The position numbers and the translations under genes were made by a program. The notes under the pieces were generated by a model. The model had not been told where the DNA came from. It saw only the letters and a program-made list of their open reading frames with translations, and did not search any database. 64,000 nt of DNA from Amphiscolops sp. MND2022 (Eukaryota). Positions within the stretch are counted from its first letter, which is position 1, and each line of letters starts with the position of its first letter. The stretch spans positions 49,478,001-49,542,000 of the forward strand of contig OZ076413.1 in assembly GCA_964187785.1 (NCBI GenBank). Direction: 5' to 3'. Positions 29,001 to 39,580 of this stretch are shown in pieces.

Positions 29001-29130
29001 GTTCATTTCCTTCCCATGGTTGTTGCTTGAAGAGCTGTGCCAATCGAATGAACTTTTTGTTAATACAATCGCGGAATTATGTCTATAGAATCTACATCAT
29101 TCAATAAAATGAACTTTCCTTTCGTCCTTC
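26100..29130 (+). mobile_element. Second, more decayed CR1/L2-like LINE, related to 14078-18066, with internal deletions; 5' boundary approximate
   Basis: IALTETWL at about 26992; YRPISLL, FIDLRKAFD, GVPQGS, FADDT; shared LNKFCGLMYRV motif; AATAAA plus tttcct tail at about 29103-29130. Confidence 0.85.
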
Positions 29131-29199
29131 ATAACATTTGCCCAAAAAACAAGGTTGCAAAAACTACTATCATTACAAAATTTTCAGTTCCAATGGCTG

Positions 29200-30203
29200 C
29201 CTCTTTCTTTTGCCTAAAGATTTTATAAAGTGAACCCAGTTGTTCGTAATCGCATGAAGTCAAAAAAGATGAAAACTATTGAATGGAACATCTTCCATTC
29301 AAGAGTTTTCATCTTTTTTGACTTCATGCGATTACGAACAACTGGGTTCACACTATAAAATCTTTAGGCAAAAGAAAGAGGACAAATCTTCAAGCAAAAT
29401 TCAGCATGTTGCAAGGAGTATCAGTCAGCAAAATTCACATTGCTTCCGAAAGCGAATTCACATCATTGCATGCATGCATGCATGCAATGTTGAGAATTCT
29501 CTTTCGGAAGCAATGTGAATTTTGGTGACTGATACTTCTTGCAACATGCTGATTTTTGCTTGATGGGTTGAACCTAAAAAAGTTCTGAAATGTTTTTGTG
29601 CGATCCCTTAGAAAATTTTGGTGCTTGCTTTCGGTTTTACTTTTTGTAGGGCAAACAAAAAACAAAAAAGACATATCATGACAGCATTTTTCCGTAGAGG
29701 AAGTAATCTTCTTGAAAGTCACTCTGATAAATTATTGCATATAATGAAGAATCACTTTGATTAATTTTAGAATCCGTAACCAACCAGGATACTTTCACTG
29801 AACCAACAAAAAAGTTTTCCTGCTATGAACTTCATTAGTTTTAACATCACCTTTTCGCTTCATCCAGTTTCAAATTGAATCCTTATAAACCAAGCATATG
29901 GACTTGAACAGCCTCGTGAAAGTCGTCTTAGTATGAAAAAAACAATGAAGCAATTTCGCAAGTCAGTGTTACTTCTTTGAATCTTAGCCAAAAATTTTCT
30001 CCAAACTGTTAGACTTTGTACAATGTAACTTGAGTATGATCTTGTAACATTGACTTGGGAATTGGCTTCATAATTTTTTTCATACTAAGACGACTTTCGC
30101 GAGGCTTTTCAAGTCCACATGCTTGGTTTATAAGGATTCAATTTGGAACTGGATGAAACTAAAATGTGAAGTTAAAAATAATCAATTTTATAGCAGGAAA
30201 ACT
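29200..30203. repeat. Cluster of three long inverted repeats (29200-29381, 29390-29563, 29813-30203)
   Basis: Arms of 89 bp (4-nt loop CATC), 87 bp (no spacer, centred on (TGCA)n) and about 160 bp (71-nt spacer), read directly. Confidence 0.93.
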
Positions 30204-30841
30204 AATTTAACACTTCAATTCCCCAAAGACGATTCAAATAAAACCTAAATAGCGCAGTTTCAAAACCACGATGTTAAATAATGTTGAACAGGAAAGATAT
30301 AGATGAAAAACCCAAATATTTTACTTCAGTGTCATTTCGAAAAACTTTGGAAGGAATAACTGGTGAACTGTAACAACAAGCTACCGCATCTATCAACTTT
30401 CATGTCCAAAACTGGTGTTCTCTTGCTGCAGGTTTTTTAAAATGCACTGAACCTTGTCTCTTGAGCCGCATTTCTTGTGCCTCCATTTCCGTTTTTTTTT
30501 GTGAGAAAAACCTCATACTTTGAGTTGGTACCGAGCGAATTCAAGAGGAGAATCACTGTTCCAGTTCTATCTTAGTTGAATATCTGAGATCAGTACGTTC
30601 ACGTAGTTACTAGCGCAAGTATATTTTACCCCAAATCTCTGCCTTTTCACACTTTCATAGGCACCAACTTATTTCATTTACCAAGAAATGCTGTAGAAAT
30701 CGTTGCAACTTTACAGTCATTCTGTAATTCTGGAAAAGATGGATGATATTACACTTGAAACTTGAGAGAACAAGTTGTAGAATGTCAAATATACTTTATG
30801 TTTTTGCTGAGGACAATTTACCAATAAACTATTATTCACGA

Positions 30842-33800
30842 TGTTATCGTGCAAAGTGGAATAGTCTCAGGAAAAAAACCATGATGAATTGAATGTTGAA
30901 TTGATGCAGTACGTATTGTAGCTGATTAAATCTATTGTTCAACTGATACTTTTTATTGCGCTCTTTTGACAGGTATCTCATCAATGTTAGCATTAATTGT
31001 AACACATGTTTACAAATGGTACTGTGACCTCTACTACATCCCCCTTTCTATTGCAAAAAATTATTCAACAAAAAACAACTTAAAATGTTACTGTTGTTGG
31101 GTATAATTTTACTAAGGTAACGGCAATGTGGTTAATAAAAACTCAAATTTGAATATAATGTAAAAATTTTTGTCAGTTTCTTCAGTTCTTCATTCACTCT
31201 CGATTTACATCACGTCGTTGTCGTATCTTTGCGTGGCTTTTCTTCTCCTCTCCTATATTCATGTTTCTTTACCTCCGCTGGGCCCTGCGATTGGCTTAAT
31301 TGCGGGGTTTGCAACTTCTTTACTCAACTGTCTGTTTCTGCCAATTTGCGTCTCTTCTCACTTTGTCACTTTCTCAGTGGCTGCTGTCGTTTCACAGGCT
31401 GCTGGTGTTTCACTATTAACACTGCTTGCTTTAGTTCTTTTGCCTCTTTGTCGTCTCGCCGCCCTCTTTTGAGCTTGAGGACTCAATGGCTGCTGATATC
31501 TTTTCTTCTTCTCCTTTCTTTCAAACACCCTGTTTTTTTTCGATCGAAGAAGATGCAACGTCTCTCTTGGCGAAAGTCTTCTGTTTGCCTGAATTTTCGG
31601 GTAGCACACTAAATGTGTGTGCCGGTTCTTCATCAATTTGGCTGCCTTGCGGTCATCCAATCTTTCCACTTTCACGCCTCTTGGTCGTTCGCGAACAAGG
31701 ACCGCGGAGTCCTCTTCTCGGAAGTCTTCTTGGAAGTCTGATTGCTGCAGCTGTAAATTGGGGTCAACTTCTAAAACATCCGAGAAGCTTTTGACTACGT
31801 TTGATTTTACAGTTCTTGGTTCTTTCCCCACATGTTTGACTTCCCATCCTTCTTCTTTAACGGTGACTTGTTCAGAGCGTATTAAGTTTCCGAAAGCCCA
31901 GACTTACCTTTTGCCAAGAGTATTTGTTTGTTCGCTCGCAGCTGTTCATTTTGTCCGTATCAGCTGCTCGATTTGGCCATTTCCCCATGATCGCCAATTG
32001 ATGATTTTATGTTCCCTATTACAGTTGTTCAAAAAAATTTGCAAAAAGTCAACAATCACAAACACGAAACCCCAAAATATGAGATAAGATGCATTGAAAA
32101 TTCAATTACCGTTTTCGTTGTTAGCCTATGTAAAAGTTTTGCGTCGGGTCTTCTCGAAGAATGATTTATAGACACTAGTATAAATTTCTTTCCATGCTTA
32201 GAACTGTGAAAAAGTCCTGCAAAACCGAATGCGATTTCTTCATTCATTTCTTTCGTTTCCGGTAATTTTCCTGTTTGCTTTTTTTTCAATTCACCTTTCA
32301 AATTGTCACCAGCTAGTTATCACTGGTTGAACCTCACGGGTTTTCTTTGGCCTCTAGAAAATAAAAATCATGTCTAGCCTTGCATCCCGACCCGGGTGTC
32401 TGTACTGTAAGGAACACATTATCATGGCATGCATGGCGTGCGGAATAACGAGGCGGTTATCCATATATGGGAACTTTCTCTCATCTAGTGAAAACGACTG
32501 AAATTGCTCGCGCCAAGGCGAGGCAAGTCGGCTTACCTCGGTACGGTTTTAATTTTTTACGAGCGATACTGTTTTTCGTAGAAGTTTATCGGCCGCATAA
32601 TTGGCAGGTAAGATCATTCCGTTCAATGCGTGATATGACGGGCTCTGACTCATTCTCACACTCAATTTGATAGCACTACGACTAATCTTACTTAATTCCC
32701 GCGAATTGCGCTGTTCCCGCGATCTGATTGGTTGCTTCATTTCAGTTTTATACACTCGATTGACGCTAATTCTCTGATTGTTCAATTTATCCCAATTGCT
32801 TCTTTTGTTCGTTTTCGCGCTGCTGTCTAAAACATCATTACAGCTGATTACAGCGTTGACAGTAAATCTTTCATTTCATTGCTTTTTTGCTTTCACTGAC
32901 CCTTCTACTTCGCTAGGGTGCCTCTATAGGTAATCCGCTATGCCTAATGTTCTTTGAGGTGTATAAATTACTTCAAACTCAAACGATAGTAGGCTGTCTA
33001 CCTATTTAGTTAATCTACTTGAAAAAGTTTTGTTTTCTCTATTGGCATTGAGAACGGACTTTAACGCTTTATGATAAGACGCTACTTCATATTTCATTCC
33101 CTATACGTAATTGCTAAAACGTTCAATTGCCCACACTAATGCTAAAAATCCTAATTCAATATTTAATGTTTCGTTTCGAAATTGGTTAAAAATCTAGACG
33201 CAAATCTAATTGCTTACCATTGGTCATCTTTTTGTATCTGTTGTAAAACGGTGCAAGGGCCTTTCTTACTAGAGTTGCAAATAATTCTGCTATCTAGGTA
33301 TCTTTCGAAATCTTTTCATGTTCGCTATCCCAAATCGATGCAGCCTGTTTTTTTCAAAACCGTTCTTAAAGGGTGACTGATCGCAGCTAAATTCGAAATG
33401 AATTTAATAATTTGATATACCGCTCTAAGGAATGATCGTAATTGTTTCAAGTTCACTGATCTGAATCTTTCTATAGCTCCATGAGCTTCTGCATTTACCG
33501 GAGAAATGCCTGTTCTGATTATTTCGTAACCTAGCCAGTCTATACAATCTTGAGCTATCACACATTTCTCTGCTTTCAGTTGCTAGTTTGCCGCGTCTAC
33601 GTTTTTCATGACTTCTCTCATTTCATTTAAATGCTCAGTTTAGCTCTATTTGTTACAATTAGGATGTACACAAATACACTGTTTATATTTACAAGCGTAA
33701 ATCCATCAATTTTTGAAATTCTGTAGGCATGACTGTAAGGCCATAGTATCCCGTTATGAAACAATACGTCTCGGTAGGTTTTTGTCCCTTTATTTGAAAC

Positions 33801-35837
33801 CAACAATGCTATTGGTTAGCTCATGCAATGGGACTTGTCCAAATGTGTAAGTGTTGTGCAACGACGAAAACCATGCTTCAATTTTGCTAACTTTTCAGCT
33901 ATCATTTCTGTTATGTTTTCTTAGTTCGGCATTTGGCATTTCCCTTTGGATATTGACTCGTTTAACGCTGTTGCATTTATAGCTATCTAGACACACTTTA
34001 CCTTTTACACTGGTATTACAGTTGGTAGAAAGAAGATATCAACTTGAATTTTGTCTACACGTTCAATGTGGCCTTCTTTTAGCTGTTTTCCAATATCTTC
34101 ATCAACTTGATCTTGTAACTGAATTGGGACTCTGCGACCTTTTTGTTGCAAAAGATTTGCATTTTTCAAATGTCTATTTCAATTGCGTAGTTTTTTGCCC
34201 GCTCGTTCGTGCTGAACAATTTGGGGAAATCCCCAAATGATTGCTGAACTTCAGGATTTAGCTTTCCTTCGGGATTTACATTATCTACTGTCTTGTCACA
34301 ATTTACAATATTACTACTTTGATCGCGTTCACCACTTTCTAATGGCTGCTTGATCTGATAGCAAAGAGCAATTAAGCCACCCCGCTCCACTGTTGACACG
34401 CTAGAATTTGGAGCTACAGGTACTTTAGCTTTTGATAACGTCACCCTCGCTACTTCTAGTTGGACGAATTGATACCCTTAAAAATTTCAACGGTCGTTTA
34501 TTGTAGTCTACATATTGTTCGTCTTTGATCATATCTCTGATTACTACTTTCCGTACTCAGATGATTTGTTGAAGGACTGTTTTTGTGAAAAACGATACGG
34601 GTGATCCGGTGTCAATGATGGCTTTGAACTGCTTTGCTCACAATAGTCCTTTCATGTAAAATTGCTTTCGGACTTTTCCATAGACGGTAATACTATTGCT
34701 CTTCATCATCTTCTGTTTCTTCTCCCGAGTCGTCCTCATTAAAGTAGTTAACCCTGCGCAATTGAATTTCTCGATGTTTTATTGTTTGCATCGTTTCTTT
34801 TTGTCCGTGGGAGGTTTTTTATTGCATCAATTCGCCAAGTGTCCCACTATTTCACAATAATCACATTTTTTGTTGTTTGCTTTAAAGTTCTTCATGTGAT
34901 CGATGGTGAAGTCGACTCCCCGCATCTGGAGCACTCATTCGAGTTAGTCTTCTCCACATATACGGGCTCAATTTTTACAGTCGACTTTGATGATTCAGCG
35001 TTTTGCACTCCATAAGACTATTGACGCTTCACGCTTTCTTCATAGGCCATTTGATATTCCAGGGCCTGCTCCGGCTCCGTTGGTTCGGTTTTTTGTTCCC
35101 TACTTTTTTATTGTTCATGTGAAGGATAAACATTTCCGATACGAAACTCCTGGTAATCTCTCCAAAGTGGGACGTGGCTGCTTAGTCATTCAGCGCGTGT
35201 CAGAACTGGTGCAGCGTCTCTCCCGGTTGTTGCATTCTCGAGAAAAATGGATTTCCATCGAGCGTCCGATTTCTTTTCTTCAGAAAACAATCGTTGCACA
35301 TTTGAAATATTTCGCCCTCTTTCAATGCCCACAAAGAGCTATTTGTCTGTAAACTGCTTTCTGGCAGCTTCGCCAAGGGATAATTAGATTGCGCTAACCA
35401 CCATTTTTTTGGCAAGATTTTCGTCTAAATGTCCCATCCATGATCGCACTCCGGGTTGCTGATCTGTAACTTCTCTGGTCATCTCAGTGATAGAAATTGA
35501 ATACTTCGTCTTTATGGTAACTTCTAACAAATCAAGCCGCCTCTTCCATACCATAGATGGTGTGGCATTCGCATCATGCCGAAAGACAGGCAATCCCACG
35601 AGATGAGATAAGGAAGATGACGCAGTTGCAGAATCGCAGCGCCAAGTTATAGTGTAAACTGGGATAATCTAAGTAAAAACCAATGATGAATTGAATGTTG
35701 ATTTGATGCAGTACGTATTGTAGCTATTTCAATCTATTGTTCAACTGATTTTTTTTGCGTTCTTTTGACAGGTATCTAAATTTTGGTAGCAATAATTGGT
35801 ACACATGTTTACAAATGATACTGTGACCTCTACTACA
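30842..35837 (-). mobile_element. Decayed Ty3/Gypsy LTR retrotransposon with short (about 195 bp) LTRs at 30842-31038 and 35645-35837
   Basis: Diverged direct repeats ending ctactaca; PBS-like TGGCGCTGCGA at 35644-35634; PPT AGAAAGGGGGA at 31049-31039; protease IIDTGSPVSF at about 34620; fragmented gag/RT/RH/IN. Confidence 0.85.
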
Positions 35838-36124
35838 AGCGCAAGTTTTATGTAACCCAAATCTTTGCCTTTTCACATATTCATAGGCACCAACTGATTT
35901 CATTGGTCAAGACATGCTGTCGAAATCGTTGCAACTTTACAGTCATTCCGTAATCCTAGAATAGATGGATGATGTTACACTTGAAACGTGGGAGAACAAG
36001 TTGTAGAACATCAAAACTACTTTTCGCTTTTGCTGATGACAATTTACCTATAAACAAGACTATTTAGCACCATTTCAAAAACAGTGTGTTTTTTTGTATT
36101 ATGCTCGTTGACTTTTATTGTTGT

Positions 36125-37854
36125 TGTCATGGACTTGACGGCTTGGTTGACCGTTCGGTCGGTTTCCATCATGTTGTTCATTTCTACAGTCGGTCTTAGC
36201 ACTTGGAATTCGCTGTTCCTCGGCATTTACTTCCGGTCTCTCAACTGGGACTTCCCATCCCCTTGTGGTCTCTCGGCCTGATCCGGCCATAATGACATTC
36301 TGTATTTGAGGCAATACTTGACTACTAATAGCTTCATTAATGGCCCTTTGGATCAGCGTATCCACATTACTCATCATTTCATCCATCTCACGGGATATCC
36401 TAGAGTTCAGTTCGCTAGACAACCTGTTTATCTCAGCTAGTGAGTTTGCTTCAGCTGAGTTTTGGCCGAAATCGGCACTTGTCCTAGGTTCATCATTTCT
36501 ACAATTTGAAAACAAGCTTTCACCTTCGTTGTCTAAATTATTGCTTATGATACTTTCTCTCCTTCTGACGGAGTTACTTTCTAAACTCCTTTCTCTTTCA
36601 GTTCCATTGTAGCGATCGCCTCCTAACATTATATCAAGATTTTCGATATCAGAAAGGATTTCTAGTCCTCTAGACTTCCTAGTCTTCTTTTGTTTTCTTG
36701 TAGTAGGCATAAGGAAAACTTCGAGTATAAAATTGAATTAGTTTATATCTCGAAAATAACAGTGAAACCGTTTATACTAATATGATAGTCTTTTTCAGAA
36801 GAGAGCAAATTAAGAAGTGTGTCCTCTCTCGAAGGCACAGGTTTTTATACCCCCGAAAGAGTGACACTCACATTTTTTACATTCTTTGACTAAGACAATA
36901 TCATATGACTGCATTTCTGATGGTCACGGGATGAACGTCATCCGTCCCAAATATTACACATCAAAGGAACAAACATTCAACCGCTAGCATCGTTTACATA
37001 TTTGACAAAATACTTCCATCGAACAGGTATTTGTTGATACAGGTACGCGTTCTTTAGCACGTGACAGCACAACAAACTTGTTTGATCTAAATACTTATCG
37101 TGGGTACAATGGCAAAAGGCCTATTAAGGCAATAACATCAAATTTCATGCAACAGGGTTATATTAAAGCAGAATCAGGCAACTATTTGTTAATAACACAA
37201 CAAAGTACTAAATAGCGCTTCAAATTGGTATTTCGTGATCAACAAAGCTTACTACTAAATAAATACTACTACACGAAATTAGCATCAATTACAAGCACTC
37301 CACTCATTGGAGACTAAATAGCCGGATTAGGCCGTTTGCCTGAACGGCATTAATAGCACACTCGTCCATATTGTACAAAGGCCGTAATTGGCAAAAGAGA
37401 ATAAAACACTCGAAAATGAAGGCCTCTGATTGGCTAATTGGGTGTGCGCAAGCGGCGTTGGCAAGAAAGTACAGGAGTCCATTTGAACTCGTTTCCGTAC
37501 TTTTTCTTAGTTGCTTGCTATAATCTTTGATTATTACTACATCGCATTGATAATACAACAATACAGCACAATCTATGTTAACAGACTAATATACGGTTGA
37601 TATTCAAAACTAAGGTTAACTATAAATAATCAACAAGTGCAACGATTCTAAATTTGGTAACAAGGGAATACGTCCTGGTACGGCCCTTTTTGGTTATTTT
37701 CTAAAATAATATGGCCACAAAATACATAAGCAATGTAAAAGTTTGAGAGAAAGTTCTAGTTTACTTTAAAAGGTAGGGAGAGTTCCTGGGGCCACATCCT
37801 GACCAACAGCCGTCGTTGTGATCCTTGTGCCGTCACAGGCGGCAGCCTGCGACA
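36125..37854 (-). repeat. 3' LTR (1730 bp) of element 1
   Basis: Near-identical to 50434-52159; I count about 8 substitutions and one 4-bp indel. Confidence 0.97.
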
Positions 37855-38536
37855 CAGCGGGTGCAGTGAAAAGAAGACTGCCTGCATTAAGACCATTGAT
37901 GTAAGCTTCTTTCCTGAGAGCTGTGATGTAAGCGGGCTCGCTCCTTGGAGTTGAGACTTCCATATATCTGTTTATCTTCATGGATTTTATTTCGTCCACA
38001 GATTTTCCACAAACCATACAGCTTGTGCACCTTTGAGAGCTGATATCGGTGTAAGGCAACGCATTTTGTATGTGGTAAGAAGCATGAAATCCACTACTTT
38101 CGGGTTGTACCATCGGCGTATCCATAGACGGCCCTCTCTCATGAGCGGGGGGCGAGAGCGGCGACTCCAACACAGGCAAAATCGTCTTGCATAATTCTAT
38201 TCTCCTCTTCGTGTTGCCTCTAGGCGGGGCATAGCATAGTTGTTCGTCGAAGTAGGTTTTGTCCAGCTTCGGTGTAGTTTGTACGTCTGAAGTCACACAG
38301 CTAGGACCAGGTTCGTCGCTTGCCGTCGTCATCCTTCTGCCGGCTGTGGTAATTGGCTCAGCTTGGACTTGAGTTTCAATCCTCTTCACCATTTCTTCTG
38401 TGTCCGTAGACCAGTCTGAGTCCCATCCGTCAGAGGTTTCTTCATCACTGCTGATGTAGATTACAGAGTCTCTCGATGAGTCAGAGCTGAATTCCAAAGA
38501 ACCAAAGAGTTTTTTCGCTTTATTGAATCTTTCCAT
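37766..38536 (-). CDS. Intact 256-aa ORF3 in the env position, no obvious signal peptide or TM segment; acidic N-terminus, CxxC motif; last 89 nt inside the 3' LTR
   Basis: Open ATG-to-TAA frame; homologue in element 2 (54626 to about 55480) shares AGRxMTT, GC/SCxxCGK and SQAAACD. Confidence 0.8.
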   Translation of the reverse strand: MERFNKAKKLFGSLEFSSDSSRDSVIYISSDEETSDGWDSDWSTDTEEMVKRIETQVQAEPITTAGRRMTTASDEPGPSCVTSDVQTTPKLDKTYFDEQLCYAPPRGNTKRRIELCKTILPVLESPLSPPAHERGPSMDTPMVQPESSGFHASYHIQNALPYTDISSQRCTSCMVCGKSVDEIKSMKINRYMEVSTPRSEPAYITALRKEAYINGLNAGSLLFTAPAVSQAAACDGTRITTTAVGQDVAPGTLPTF

Positions 38537-39580
38537 TATCAGTTTTTTCGCGATTTTGGAGATTTGCTAGTCAACTTGTCGTGAGCGAGTTTGAAATTAG
38601 AATGAGCCTGTCGCCTCCTCAAATTCCGAATCGGGCCCTCTCCCGAAGTTTCCAATTTAGCGGGAGAATCTCAGGTTGATTGCCCCGATTCATCGTAAAC
38701 ATTCCTGAATGGAATTCCTAAACGGGGTTGGCGGCTTCGATTAAGTAGATGTTTGCCCTTCATACTAGCCATCATCAAAGTGGGTGTAAGCAGCACTTAA
38801 TTTGTTGATATCAAATATCTTCTCTTCAAGTGGGTAATTAACGGCTTGCTTCGGATCAATTAATAACGCGCGCCACTAAATTCTTTCAACATGGCTTCAG
38901 CCAATCAGAGTTAAGCTCTGATAAAATGGAAAATTAAATAATAAAATGGCGAAAATAATGAATCAAAATAATTCAAAATGGCGGATTTTTAACTAAGAAT
39001 AACTAAAATAACTGAACGAAACGATAAGGTGCAACTGGTCAAACGGCCGGAATCGGCAACTAACTAAGTAGGCTATAAATAACAACGTTCTTTGTACATC
39101 TCGCTGGCACACTCCATGTACATAATAAATATGTAAATAGCTAAATAATATTAGTCTGATAAACTTCCTTCAGCCACGAACTCCAACTTCTAATTCCATT
39201 AACCCATTTCAATTCCGATTCAATTCCAATTACTTTACTTTGTCTTCTTCGTCTGATATCCTTTACCGGACAATTTTCTCCACTCTTCTTAATCTCTTCA
39301 ACAGCGCCCTTCTTCTTCTTTGAATTATTCCTGGGACTTGTCCTTGGTCCGAATTCGGCCAGATTCCACACCTTCTGAGCTTGATTGGTTCGACAGTAAA
39401 AGGCGAAACAGGACGGAATGTCTTCAGTTGAAGGTTGGTTTGCTTTGGTTTTGAACTTAATTTAACTTTATCAGGGCTAAATTTGTTCATAAGATGCTTC
39501 CTGTATCCATCAATAAACGCGTGATAACACGTTTTGTTCAATTTTTCAAATTACTTCCGGAAGTTTTCTAATGCGGTAGA

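Noticed and set aside
37304..37561. 85-aa ORF present in both LTRs of element 1
   Set aside because: Duplicated only because it lies in the LTR; non-ATG start and no homologue in the element 2 LTR.
39263..39541. Small sense-strand ORF diverging from the palindrome
   Set aside because: Only an SPDK-sized match in element 2, with stops nearby; insufficient support.
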